64,000 nucleotides of DNA from an uncultured delta proteobacterium (GTDB lineage: Bacteria > Desulfobacterota > WTBG01): assembly GCA_963793865.1 (NCBI GenBank), contig CAWCBP010000001.1:384001-448000 (forward strand), written 5' to 3'. Positions 1-11,482 of the stretch are shown here, in pieces; positions within the stretch are counted from its first letter, which is position 1; every line of letters begins with the position of its first letter. The notes under the pieces were generated by a model that worked only from the letters and a program-made list of their open reading frames with translations, had not been told where the DNA came from and did not search any database. Made by a program: the position numbers and the translations under genes.

Positions 1-147
1 TTTGCCCTTCCATACAGTAATTAAAATAATCCGGATTTTATCTTTGGATGCTTGAGTGTGATATGATATAATACAACCATTTGAAAATCAACCCGTAATG
101 ATGCCCGGCGCCGAATACTGTAAATCGACTGCAAGAGAAATGAGGTT

Positions 148-1621
148 GTGAAAAATTCCGTTTCACGCATAACGGCGTGTGCTGCGCTGGTGTTGTTCAT
201 GCTCCTGATCGCCCGGAGAGACATCTGCAGCGCTCCCCTGAAAAGCGGGCAGTGCAACATTGTACTTATCACCATTGACACCCTGAGGGCGGACCATCTC
301 TCCTGCTATGGTTATCACCGCAAAACAAGCCCTAACATAGATGGCCTTGCTGCAAGGGAATCGCATGCAAAAATGCGTATGCCCCTTCCTCATGGACGCT
401 CCCTCGATGGCTTCGCTCTTTACTTCTGTTTATCCAATCAATCACGGCGTGATCCACGGGATTGGTTTAAAAATGGATCAGGCCATTATATGTTCAGGAA
501 ATCTTTTCCCCTGATCTTAAAACACTTGCTGAAGTTTTGCAGGCAGCACGGTTATACCACCTTCGGTGTTTCTTCCCATCGCAATTTAGATGAGAAATTC
601 GGCTTTGCGCGGGGGTTTGATTATTTTACCTGCCTTCCTTTTTTCCCGCACAAGCGGTTAACGAAGCCGTGTCGCCTGGGAGGATGCGATTAAGAAAGCC
701 GAGAAATTTTTCCTCTGGATTCATTACTTTGATCCTCATGCCCCCTACACTGCGCAGGAGCCATGGGCCAGAGAATATGCCCTGGAAGCCCAGACCGAAG
801 TCCTGCTTGACCTGCCGGCACTCTCGGGGGCTGAACTGGCGCGTCTGTTACAGAAGTGCCCCGATGGAGGGTTGCCCGATGCCACGCAGCCCTTGTGCGG
901 GAATCTGAAACAGCTGCTGCAGAATTACAACGATAATGTTATAAATCCGCAGGATCATGACATTGCCCTTTATGACAGTGAAATTAGTTATGTCGATAAC
1001 CATATCGGCATGCTCATGAAACGCCTTAACCTTAGTGATGAAACCCTGATTATTATTACCGCAGACCACGGAGAAGAATTTCTCGAGCATGGCGAGATGG
1101 GGCATGGCCACAATTTGTATCAGCAGACAATACATATTCCGCTGATCATGAAGCTTCCGCAAGGTCAGAAAGGCTCTGTTGCAAACCAGCCCATCAGCCT
1201 TCTCGATGTAATGCCAACCATTTTAGACATCAGTGCTGTTAGTCCTCCCTCATCAATGCTGGGCAAATCATTCCGGAATGAGAAAAAGCTGTTGTTTTGG
1301 CTAAAGAAAAAAATGCCGGTAAGCGATATAGACTATATCTATTCTGAAATAGACACATCGAGAACCCTCAGGGCCATTGTCACACCGCCTTGGAAATATA
1401 TCTATAATTGTAAAGATGCAACCGGTCAACTGTATGACATTGTTTCTGATCCTCTGGAGAAGAATGACCTTGGCTGCAATCAAACCAGAGAACGCGACCG
1501 GTTAAGAGATCAGCTGTTGCGTTGGATGGAAACAGCAAAGCGTTATCCCACAACGACATGTGATTATGAACTTTCGGCAGAAGACAAAGATAAACTGAAA
1601 GGTTTAGGATACCTGCAATAA
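148..1621 (+). CDS. Sulfatase-like alkaline phosphatase superfamily protein, exported; split by several frameshifts
   Basis: N-terminal hydrophobic signal and [19 protein letters not shown] (ORF 148..693). Shifting frame at ~360-410 recovers [26 protein letters not shown] 872..1621 has [21 protein letters not shown] and ends LKGLGYLQ. Confidence 0.85.
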
Positions 1622-1622
1622 G

Positions 1623-3803
1623 ATGCTTTTTGATACTTTTTTAGCCTGCAGCGTGTTTTTGACAACAAACGCCTCCCTACTCTATGCGTCACACCTCCTG
1701 GTCAGGCGATTCATTCATCACTGCCCGGCATCGGTGAGGCTGGTCGGGACGGGCACGCTGTTCTACGCTTTTATTGTTTTGGTTTATCAGGCGCTGTCAC
1801 CTTTCCATGCCATTTCAAGAACCGGGGTTACTATTACCTGCCTTGTTATAGCCTGCCTTTTTCATTTCCTGTGGGGCAAGCATCGAGATTTCAAGGCTGA
1901 GGTCGAGCCACTACGGGTTTGGCTGCGGGATGGACTCAAGTCCAGGTGGGCGGTGCTCATTATCATGTGCGGTTTTATGGTGCTGCTTTCCCTTTCCCGT
2001 GCCCTGCTCATGCCGCCGCTCGGCTGGGATTGTCTCTCCTATCATTTAACCTTCGCATCTTTGTGGATAAAGGCGGGAACCCTCTTTCTCTTCAAGGCAC
2101 CTGATCAAATAATAAGCTGCGGCCACTTGCCCATCAACGGTGAAATATTTGCCTCGTGGCTTCTCCTTCCCTTCAGCAGTGACCTTCTGGTCAATGCCAT
2201 GAATTTTCCCTTGACCTTTTTAGCAGGGGTCGCCTGCTATGCCGTTGGAAGAGAGTTGGGCTTACCGCGATGGGCCGCCGGGTGGGTGCCGGTACTGATC
2301 TGTTTTTCGCCGACCGTATATGATCTGATAACGACTGCCTATGTCGATAATGCGCTGTTCGCCTTCTCGATCGCCTTAGTTCTATTTGTACTAAGGTATA
2401 TACGGAAAGGGTTCATAGAGGATGCCTGTTTCGCTGCCATTGCGGGAGGCATGGCGGTGGGCATTAAATATAATGGAATTATTATTGCAGGCATCGCAGT
2501 GTTTGCTGTTCTATTAAAGATGCTGGTGTCAGCCAGATATTCGGGTTTTTTCAAGAAGCTCGGTATATGCCTGGCAGGTCTCCTGTTAATAATTTCCCTT
2601 GGTGGAAGACGATACATTCTCAATACCATCGATGCCGCAAATCCACTCTATCCCTTTCCTCTCAAAATATTTAGCTACGAAATTTTTGAAGGGTGGGAGG
2701 AACTGACCAATCTGGAGAAGTGGGTAGCCGAGTTTGATGAAAAGGAGGGGCTTATCCAGCGAAGCGCCTGGGAAAGGGAGTATAGAAAATTTTCTTATGT
2801 GCAGATGGCTCCGGGTCCTAAATTCGCCTTCTTTTTAATAATGGCATTGTTGGGCCTGTTCCTCAGGCCGAAATCGATTTCTGTGAAACAATGGTATTTC
2901 ATTGCCGCCGTATGGATAATTCCCATCATTTCATATTTCACCGAGGGCTCAACCGGTGTAGCGAGGGGAGGTCCCTGGGCGGACGGGGGCGGGCGCTATC
3001 TTATCACTTCCATAGCGCTGTTTACCATCCAGGGTTTGGTCACCGTCCAGCAATTCAGCAGCCCTTTTAAGAAAATAACTTTTTTTCTGGCAGCCTTTGT
3101 CCTTTTGGATTTCATTCACCTCAATAGCGGCCACCTGTGGGAGGTGGAGGTTTTGTATCCCCTGGTGATCATGCTCAGCATCGCCAGCATGGCTTTTTCA
3201 GATGCATTGCCTCGATTGTTTCGCAAATTGATGCCCGCACGCATGGTTTCTGCGCAGGGGGGCGAAGAGAGAAGTGCCGGCATCATTACAGTCCGGTGGT
3301 CATCCGCGGCTTTGTACCTGCTCCTGCTGGTAATTTCATTAAGCCTGCTGCAGGGGTACCGGGACCGGACCCGGTATTTTTATTATCGCCGGCATACCGA
3401 TCTGCATAATATTCCCAGGAAATTTGTGAGCGGGTGGGAGTTCATTGACAAGCTGGACGAGCACAAGGTTATTGCCTTCAGCAGAGGTTATGCGCAGCCA
3501 AACCACGAGTGGTTTTTCTATCCCTTGATGGGAAGCCGTCTGCAAAACGATGTTATCTACCTGTCAGCATTGAATAAGTGGGACGTTCCAACCTGGGTTG
3601 ACCAAGGTATGCTAAGAGGAGACGATCCGGAAATATGGCTTTATAATCTCAAGAGCAAGAAGGTCGATCACATTTTTATTCAGGAACCCTGGCCAATCGA
3701 GATGAGTTGGATAAAGAGTCGTAAAGATGATTTTGAACTGACTATACGGACAGGTACTGCAGAATTTACAAATATGTTGGGGAGTACTGACGGGCATGCA
3801 TGA
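1623..3803 (+). CDS. Polytopic membrane protein, GT-C-like glycosyltransferase, paralog 1
   Basis: 726 aa with many hydrophobic segments; loop motif LLMPPLGWDCLSYHL, then PINGE, YVDN, GIKY, NPLYPFP. An alternate frame near 3740 gives YTDRYCRIYKYVGEY* (stop 3790), matching paralog 2, so a C-terminal frameshift is likely. Confidence 0.7.
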   Translation: MLFDTFLACSVFLTTNASLLYASHLLVRRFIHHCPASVRLVGTGTLFYAFIVLVYQALSPFHAISRTGVTITCLVIACLFHFLWGKHRDFKAEVEPLRVWLRDGLKSRWAVLIIMCGFMVLLSLSRALLMPPLGWDCLSYHLTFASLWIKAGTLFLFKAPDQIISCGHLPINGEIFASWLLLPFSSDLLVNAMNFPLTFLAGVACYAVGRELGLPRWAAGWVPVLICFSPTVYDLITTAYVDNALFAFSIALVLFVLRYIRKGFIEDACFAAIAGGMAVGIKYNGIIIAGIAVFAVLLKMLVSARYSGFFKKLGICLAGLLLIISLGGRRYILNTIDAANPLYPFPLKIFSYEIFEGWEELTNLEKWVAEFDEKEGLIQRSAWEREYRKFSYVQMAPGPKFAFFLIMALLGLFLRPKSISVKQWYFIAAVWIIPIISYFTEGSTGVARGGPWADGGGRYLITSIALFTIQGLVTVQQFSSPFKKITFFLAAFVLLDFIHLNSGHLWEVEVLYPLVIMLSIASMAFSDALPRLFRKLMPARMVSAQGGEERSAGIITVRWSSAALYLLLLVISLSLLQGYRDRTRYFYYRRHTDLHNIPRKFVSGWEFIDKLDEHKVIAFSRGYAQPNHEWFFYPLMGSRLQNDVIYLSALNKWDVPTWVDQGMLRGDDPEIWLYNLKSKKVDHIFIQEPWPIEMSWIKSRKDDFELTIRTGTAEFTNMLGSTDGHA

Positions 3804-3876
3804 GGCTCATCACAGCCTGCACGCGCTGTTTTTGCACACGGTCCCTGCCTCAACACACTACCTCAAAGGATGAAAT

Positions 3877-4773
3877 ATGGGCACGAAGGAAAAAGCCGTA
3901 ATTGCAAAGATTTTTCGATCAACGGCGCTGCTGATCGCGATTTGTGTTCCGAATTGTCTCGTTGCTGCCTGCGTGGGGGACATTAACCAGGATGGTAGCG
4001 TCAATGGATTGGATTTTGCCATCATGCGCCAGGAGATGGGCAGAAATGATTGCTCTGCATCACCCTGCAAGTCTGATCTCAATAGCGATGGCGTGGTGGA
4101 TGATAAAGACAAGGAAATTTTAAAGTCTCAATACGGAAGCAGCGATTGCCTGCCGGAGAACAAGGCAGAGCCGGAAAGCCGCGGCAGCGTGTCCAAAGCC
4201 GTTCCCGATGAATCAGACATGCGGCAAGAACCGCCATTGCCGCTGTCGGAAGGTGCGCAGGGAACCTTGCCGGAAAAACCGGCGGACAAAACCGAGCCTC
4301 CGGCCTCATCAGAGAGCGGACCTGCTGAGGAAGGTGAGCCGGGCACGTCACAGCTCACCAGATTCAAGGATAACGGAGATGGAACCGTAACTGACCCTGA
4401 TACCAATCTCATGTGGACGAAAAATGCCAATCTGCCCGGGGAATCAATGCTCTTTTATGAGGCGCTTAATTACATACAGGAGATGAACAGGGGCACTCTT
4501 CCTAATTTTGGCTACACGGACTGGCGTCTTCCGAAGCAGGATGAACTGAGAAGTCTTGTTGATTATACCCGTTATACAAATCTGGGACATGAGCTGCCGC
4601 CGGGGCATCCGTTTGAAAATGTGCAATTGCTGAGATTCGGCAATTTTTCGGCAGGAAGCATTTATTTTTGGATGACCGAGCATTCCTGGTTTTTGTCGTT
4701 GTACTGCAGGGTGGTAGGACACAACGTAAACTCATGCAACGGCTTTGTCTGGCCTGTCCGTGACGGCAGGTGA
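3877..4773 (+). CDS. Secreted protein: dockerin-like double Ca-binding loop, Pro/Glu-rich linker, DUF1566 (Lcl C-terminal) domain
   Basis: GDINQDGSVNGLD and SDLNSDGVVDDKD loops; RFKDNGDGTVTDPDTNLMW, GYTDWRLP and terminal VWPVR motifs typical of DUF1566. Confidence 0.8.
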   Translation: MGTKEKAVIAKIFRSTALLIAICVPNCLVAACVGDINQDGSVNGLDFAIMRQEMGRNDCSASPCKSDLNSDGVVDDKDKEILKSQYGSSDCLPENKAEPESRGSVSKAVPDESDMRQEPPLPLSEGAQGTLPEKPADKTEPPASSESGPAEEGEPGTSQLTRFKDNGDGTVTDPDTNLMWTKNANLPGESMLFYEALNYIQEMNRGTLPNFGYTDWRLPKQDELRSLVDYTRYTNLGHELPPGHPFENVQLLRFGNFSAGSIYFWMTEHSWFLSLYCRVVGHNVNSCNGFVWPVRDGR

Positions 4774-4920
4774 AATTGGAAAGGTGAGCTGGTCCACCGC
4801 CCGTCATGCACGGCGAGGAGTTCCTGGCGCAGCGTGACGGCGCAATCCTGCGGCTTGCGCGCAGGATTCAACGCACAACCACAACCGGACATGCGGTTGA
4901 TCCTGTGGTCGAATTGAATT

Positions 4921-7146
4921 ATGCTGTTTGAGACATTTCTCGGCCTGATTGTTTTTGTGATTGCCAATCTCTCCATTTTCTATGCTGCGCATCTTATTGC
5001 ACAACGGTTTTTCCCTCATGTACCGCACGCAGCGAGGCTGGTAGGCATAGGGGTCCTGTACTATGGTTTTATTATCGCCGCCCTGCAGCTGCTTTCCCCG
5101 GCGCATGCCATCACCAGGATCTGGTCCACCGCTCTCTGCCTCACGTGTGCCATGGCTTCACACCTGCTGTGGGGCCGTTTTGCAAATCTAAGGGCCGACC
5201 TTGAGCCCGTAAAGGAATGGATCCGTGATGGCTTCAATTCGCCATGGGCCTGCCTCGTGGTTATATGCGGGCTTGCCGCGGCGATCAGCCTTACCCGCGC
5301 GCTGCTGATGCCGCCCCTCGCCTGGGACTGCCTCACCTACCACCTCACCTTAGCGGCCCTGTGGATTAAAAAGGGTGCTATCTTTCTTTTCATGGCCCCG
5401 GATCAAATAATAACTGCCGCCCACCTCCCCATCAATGGAGAGCTGTTTGCGGCATGGCTTCTCCTGCCGTTTCAGACTGATCTTATTGTGAACACGATGA
5501 ACTTCCCCATTACCCTGCTCGGCGGCATCGCCTGCTATGCCATAGCCAGGGAGCTCGGCCTGAGCCGCATGGAAGCAAGCTTTGCGCCCGCGCTTATATG
5601 CTTTTCCCCCATGATTTATTGGCAGATTGTTACGCAATATGTCGACAACGCAACCTTCGCATTTTATTGCGCGTCTGTGCTGTTTGCGCTCCGATACATC
5701 CGAACGGGCCATCCCGCTGACAGCCTGCTGGCCTTCGCAGCCGGGGGCATTTTGCTCGGCATAAAGTACACCGCCATTCCCGCTGTCGGCCTCATTGTTC
5801 TTGCCTCAGGCTTCAAGACCGTGAGCCTGACCGGTATCACGGGGATATTCAGGAAATCCGGCTTACTGTTTGCCGGACTTCTCCTCTTGTGCCTGCTGGG
5901 GGGAAGGCAATACATACTCAATGCCATTGAGGCGCGCAATCCCCTCTATCCCTTTCCGGTTAAAGTGGGCAATCAGGAGATATTCCACGGCGATGAATCA
6001 CTCGGGGAAATAAATGCGTGGGTATCTCGCTACGAAGACAAAAAAGACCTCGACAAGTTCAGTTTCTGGGAACGCCAATACCGTGCGTTTCTGTATTTGA
6101 CGGTGAGCGCGGGCCCGAAATTTATGCTGTTTTTGGCCCTGGCATGCGCATCACTGCTGGTCAGGCCCCGCCAGGTTTCCCGCGGGGAGTGGTATTTTCT
6201 TGCCATGATGTGGATCGTGCCGTTGATCATGTATTACACAGGCGCCTCATCCAGCCTGGCGAGCGGCGGACCATGGATGGACGGCAACACCCGCTATCTA
6301 TCCCCTTTCTTTGCCCTGCTCACCCTGCAGGGTTTGCTTTTCTTGAGAAACCTGGGAAGAAACAGCCTCGGGATATACATAATGCTCACGGCATTCGTGT
6401 TTTGGGATCTCTTAATGATCAACAAAGGGCAGCGGCAGGAGGTTGAGTTTCTCTATCCGTTTATCCCCCCGGCCGTGCTGCTTGGTGTCATTCTGTTTAA
6501 AGTTGCCGCGGCGCTTTTCCGCCGGACTGTCCGGCATAGTGGAATGACTCCGTCTCTCACCGGCGTGTCCGGACGGCCATCGCCGCGTATTCGCGGATGG
6601 GTTGCGTGCTGCCTGATGATCGTTCCGGTGACCGCGGGATGTTACCTGCTGCAGCTCTACCGGGATAATACCCGATACCATTATTTTAGCTCACCCACGG
6701 ACCTTAATGCCTTTCAGAGAATCTCGGTTGACGGCTGGGAGTTCCTGGATCGGCCGGGCGAGAAAAAGACAATCGCCGTGACCTTGGCCTGGGACCCTCC
6801 GGGGCATAAATGGATTCTCTACCCCTTGCTGGGACGCCGGCTGCAAAATGACATTGTTTATGTTTCGGCCCGATATAAATGGGACGTGCCCACCTGGCTG
6901 AACCGGGGAGAATTAAGGGGGGATGATGCTGCCATCTGGCGCTTTAATCTAAAAACCAAAAACGTTGATTATGTTGTTGTGGCAGATCCCATAGCGTACC
7001 CCTTTTTAAAGAGTCAGAAAGAACTCACGCAGGGATTGTGGCCGATCGAACTGGGCTGGATGGAGAAGGATCCCGGCACTTTCAAACATGTTTTTGAAGA
7101 TCGCTATTGTAAAATATTTCAATGTGTAAAGCGGAATGGCCAATAA
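4921..7146 (+). CDS. Polytopic membrane protein, GT-C-like glycosyltransferase, paralog 2
   Basis: 741 aa, colinear with 1623..3803 (LLMPPLAWDCLTYHL, PINGE, QYVDN, GIKY, NPLYPFP, YPLLGRRLQND). Confidence 0.72.
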   Translation: MLFETFLGLIVFVIANLSIFYAAHLIAQRFFPHVPHAARLVGIGVLYYGFIIAALQLLSPAHAITRIWSTALCLTCAMASHLLWGRFANLRADLEPVKEWIRDGFNSPWACLVVICGLAAAISLTRALLMPPLAWDCLTYHLTLAALWIKKGAIFLFMAPDQIITAAHLPINGELFAAWLLLPFQTDLIVNTMNFPITLLGGIACYAIARELGLSRMEASFAPALICFSPMIYWQIVTQYVDNATFAFYCASVLFALRYIRTGHPADSLLAFAAGGILLGIKYTAIPAVGLIVLASGFKTVSLTGITGIFRKSGLLFAGLLLLCLLGGRQYILNAIEARNPLYPFPVKVGNQEIFHGDESLGEINAWVSRYEDKKDLDKFSFWERQYRAFLYLTVSAGPKFMLFLALACASLLVRPRQVSRGEWYFLAMMWIVPLIMYYTGASSSLASGGPWMDGNTRYLSPFFALLTLQGLLFLRNLGRNSLGIYIMLTAFVFWDLLMINKGQRQEVEFLYPFIPPAVLLGVILFKVAAALFRRTVRHSGMTPSLTGVSGRPSPRIRGWVACCLMIVPVTAGCYLLQLYRDNTRYHYFSSPTDLNAFQRISVDGWEFLDRPGEKKTIAVTLAWDPPGHKWILYPLLGRRLQNDIVYVSARYKWDVPTWLNRGELRGDDAAIWRFNLKTKNVDYVVVADPIAYPFLKSQKELTQGLWPIELGWMEKDPGTFKHVFEDRYCKIFQCVKRNGQ

Positions 7147-7160
7147 CTCTGGGCGGGACT

Positions 7161-8763
7161 TTATTTTTTTATAAATATAAAGGCGAGAGGGACGCCGTCC
7201 CGCTCAATCACCTTGAGGGCCTCCTCCTTTGCGGGTATCACTTTCATGCCTCTCGTGAACATAAAGATGTAGTCCGCCAGGTCGGGAGGAACATTGATTA
7301 TATTTTTTGCCTGATACACGGTATAGTGTATGCCGCCGATGTGGATCCTGTAATATTTGTCCTTGTCGGTTGCAATGTTTTCCTTAAACCAGTTGATTGC
7401 TTCATTATATGATGCGCCCCAATATTCAGTGTCGTAGAGTGTGTGTGCTCCCTTGAGTCCTCCGATCAGGGCGTTAAAATAAATGTATTCATAGGGATGA
7501 AGGGCGACCATGGTTATTGCAATAACCATGGCGTTAACCAAGATGAGGAGTCCGACACTTGCGGTGACGTACCATTTTTTGATCAGCGAGAGATATTCGA
7601 TGATGGTGATGAGGGCCAGTGCCGCCAGGGCGGGCAGCATAAAAGAAACAGCCGGATCCCGTCGTAGGCAACGGGTCTCACCATCAGGTATGCCGCGCTG
7701 TTGATGATGATGATCAGCAGCGATAAAATAAACAATCGGTTGTGAAACTTTTTTCCTAGAAGGAAAGGTGAAAGAAGCGCGGGAACAAGTATCATGAGCG
7801 GGGTGGTTATGGCAAGCCAGGTGGTAAAATAGCTCCCGGGCAATTTTGTGGCTTCCACCATGTCCCCCCGGTACAGGACCGGTTCATTCCAGGTATAGAT
7901 GCGTTCGATTGCCAGTATTTCCTTTATGTTGGGGATGATATTCATGCTCAGGAACGGCCAGGTCAGCAGGGAAAAAAGCAGAGCCACCGCTCCGGTGAGA
8001 ATGATACTTTGCAGATGCTCTGAAAAAAAGGCCCGCCATGCGCCCATCCGCGTGTGGCGCTGCCATTGTCACTATAAAAGGCGTAGGCATCAAATATAAA
8101 GAGTATGGCATAGAGGGTTATCCCGACGGTTCTGAGATTCTGGGATATGCCGAACAGCAGCCCCAGTGTCAGTATTTTGCCGAACGATTTTCTGTATGAC
8201 GCCAGGCAGTAAATCGCCACGCAGCTGATGAAATACATCACTGCAAATGGCGTGTCTTTGGGGTTTGCCGGGATGTCTCCGGTGAAGCGGGGCATTAAAA
8301 ACAGCAGGACCCGTCCCATGATGGCAACATACTGGTTGCGGTACTGCTTAAAGAGGACGAAATAGAGCGCAACGAAAACAGGCAGCGCAAGGAGGGTGTT
8401 TAAAAGATGATAGCGGTCAATTGATTTATCCTTATTTAGCATAAACAGCAGCATGGGATAGAAACCGCTGTAGTGGCAAAAATCGTAGAGGGACCGATAG
8501 GTTATGGTGAAATCACCTTGGGCGGACATCGGCTTACTCTGAATGTCCCGGGACCCGTCCTGCTTGTTGAAATCAAATGGGCGGTTAACCTGTTTGTGAA
8601 AAATGTGGCTGTACGCTCTTACGCCCCGGTTATAGTTGACCGGCTCGTCCCAGGTAAGCCCGAAATCCTTATAGGTGCTTACCGCAAGGAAAACATACAG
8701 GATGATAAAAAGCAAAATGGTGAAATGCCGCTTCAGCCGGCAAAAAACACTTTTGCCCGACAC
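7161..8763 (-). CDS. GT-C (PMT/ArnT-like) membrane glycosyltransferase, split into three ORFs by frameshifts
   Basis: ORFs 7963..8763 (DFGLTWDEP, NPKDTPFA), 7583..8047 (YDGIRLFL) and 7161..7640 (LHPYEYIYFN, DTEYWG) overlap and form one consecutive hydrophobic protein. Confidence 0.75.
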
Positions 8764-9089
8764 GTGTTTTTTTACCTCCCCACTCCCGGCGCGGGGAGAA
8801 ATATATTATGTGTTGATTGCGTCGCGCCGAAATGGATGAAAATGTTGCGGGGCATGCGGTTCCGCAAGTAAACGAGGCTCGTTCCGCGCACCCGCACCGT
8901 TGCGTCAGCGGGCGGGTAATGCCCGACAATAATGGCACGATGCGCAAAAAAATAGCGCAAGACACCTGAAAAAGCCAGAAAAATTTGTAATGATCACGGC
9001 GGAGAAATTCCTCGCCAGGAACCTACAGTGACTGATAAAAATGCCGTGTATGCTCATAAGCTTACGCCTTATGCAAAGGGACGTCCTTG

Positions 9090-11343
9090 ATGATATCTAA
9101 CGTGTTTGCAGGCTGCATTGTCTTTCTGGCAACCAATCTATCATTGCTCTATGCCTCTCACCTCATGGTCATGAGATTTTATCGGGATGCCACCGCTGGA
9201 CCCCCCGATTGGTCGCCCTGGGAGTTTTATATTATGCTTTTATAATAGCTCTTTTCCAGCTGCTGTCGCCGTTTTATGCCATCACCAAGACTTGGATGAC
9301 CATAGTGTGTCTTATCATCGTGCTGATAACCCACCTGCGTTGGGGTGGGTTGAGCAGTGTCAGGGCTGAGATTCTGTGCGCTGTTGCCTGGGTGAGAGAT
9401 GGCCTCAAATCAAGGTGGTCAGCGCTTATCGTGTGCTGCGGGTTTGTTGTTTGGGGTTTTATTCTTTCTTTCCCGTGCTCTGCTTATGCCGCCTCTTGCC
9501 TGGGATTGCTTAACCTATCACCTAACCTTTGCCGCGCTTTGGATACAAAAAGGGACCCTGTTTATTTTTCACGCCCCGGATCAAATCGCAGATAATGCGT
9601 ATTTTCCCATTAATGGCGACATATTTGCGTCCTGGCTGCTGCTGCCGTTTAACAGCGATCTACTGGTCAACATCATGAATTTCCCTGTTACGCTCCTTGG
9701 CGGGATTGCGTGTTATGCCATTGCGAGGGAACTGGGATTGGGGCGGCGAGCTGCGGCCTGGGCCCCCGCGCTGATATGTTTTTCACCGGTGATCTATTCC
9801 CAGGTGACCACCGCATTATCGGAGAATTCTCTGTTCGCCTTCTATGTTGCAGGCGTGCTTTTTACCCTGAGGTATCTCCTGAATGGCAGGAGCATTGAGG
9901 GCGTCCTTGCGGCTGTTTCAGCCGGTATGCTGATCGGCATAAAACAAACCGGCATTCCCGCAGCCGGGATCATCTTTATTGCCATAGCGACGAAGGCCCT
10001 GCGGACGGCTGATTGCTCCGGCGCAGCGAAAAAGTCTGCCCTGCTTCTCTCGAGTTTGATCATTATAGTAGCGCTCGGGGGGCGGCAATATATTCTCAAC
10101 AGCATTGACGCGAGAAACCCCTTGTATCCCTTTCCCGTTACCGCCCTGAATCAGGAGATCTTTGCGGGTTCGCTCGAATGGGAACAGCATGGACAGTGGG
10201 TTATGGATTTTGAGCAAAAATCCGGTCTGGTTAAAAGAAATTGGTGGACGCGGGAACTCAGGCGATTGTGTTACATTAAGGATTATTACTCGACCTACCC
10301 GATAACCGCCGGCCCCAAATTTCTTCTCCTCCTGATTCTTGCGATTGCATCGCTTTTCGTGAGGCCGCCCGGTATATCCAGGAGGCACTGGTATTTTTTA
10401 TCACTGCTGTGGATTGTGCCGGCCGTATTGTTCTATTCCACCGGCGCGACCAATATTGCAAGAAAGGGTCCGTGGGTGGAGTATAGCACCCGATTTCTGT
10501 CACCGTTGCTCGCCCTTGTGGCCATCCTCAGCCTGGTGGTCATTGAAAGGTGGAGAAGGCATTTCCGGGGGGCGGATTTTTTTCTGGCGGCACTGGTCGG
10601 ATGGGATCTCCTTTACGTCAATGCGACGCATCTGTGGGAGATCAGGGCGTTGTACCCGGCAGTGGCGTTGATTGTACCAGCGCTGGTAATCGCATTCAGC
10701 CGTGCCTCGGGAAGAGGAATGTTTTTTTTCAGAAAGGTCTTTCCTGTTCATGAGGGGCGGGTGGAAAAGGCTTTTCCCGGGCTGCCGAAGGTGATTTCAC
10801 GGCAGTGCATACCCTGGGCCCTGGCTTTTGTCCTTTTTGTTGCTGTGCTGTCCGCGCTTCAGCATTACCGCGATACTACCAGGTATGTGTATTTTCAAAA
10901 TCATTATGATCATCAACAAATACCGACCGCATTGATAAGCGGGTGGGAGCTTCTTGACCGCCTTGATGACCCGAAGACCGTGGCCATGACCATGGGCGAC
11001 GAACCCCCCGACGGTCATTGGTTTTTTTATCCCTTGCTTGGCAGGAGGTTTCAAAACCAGATTGTGTATGTATCAGCAAAACACAATAGAGAGGTTCCTG
11101 CCTGGTTTGACCGAGGTTTTATAAGGGGGGAAGACTTCTCAATATGGCTGAACAATGTACAGATGGAAAAGGTTGATTATATTCTTGTCGCCAAGCCATG
11201 GCCCATTGAATTGCTTTGGATGTTAAGACAACAAAGAAAAGTTTCAGCGCGTCTTTGATCACAAGGAATTTAAAATTTTCAAATATGCAGGCAGCACTGC
11301 GCAAGATCATGAAAAAAACGAACCATCCGGCAACGCTGCATAA
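9090..11343 (+). CDS. Polytopic membrane protein, GT-C-like glycosyltransferase, paralog 3 (frameshifted)
   Basis: ATG 9090 reads MISNVFAGCIVFLATNLSLLYASHL, matching the other two N-termini; continues through ORFs 9209..9595 and 9399..11258; an alternate frame gives KFQRVFDHKEFKIFKY to TAA at 11343. Confidence 0.7.
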
Positions 11344-11482
11344 TCTATCGCTTGCCTTGCCCATCCGGCACAGGGGAATCAGCTGGAGGGGTGAGCCGTC
11401 CTCCATCCACGAGAAAGCGGCGATGCCTTTCTGACAAACCTCCTTCATTGATTTACCGCACGTCGTGTGCCCCGTATCTGCT

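Noticed and set aside
4844..4868. Hairpin AATCCTGCG..CGCAGGATT as an intrinsic terminator
   Set aside because: No U-tract on either side; insufficient support.
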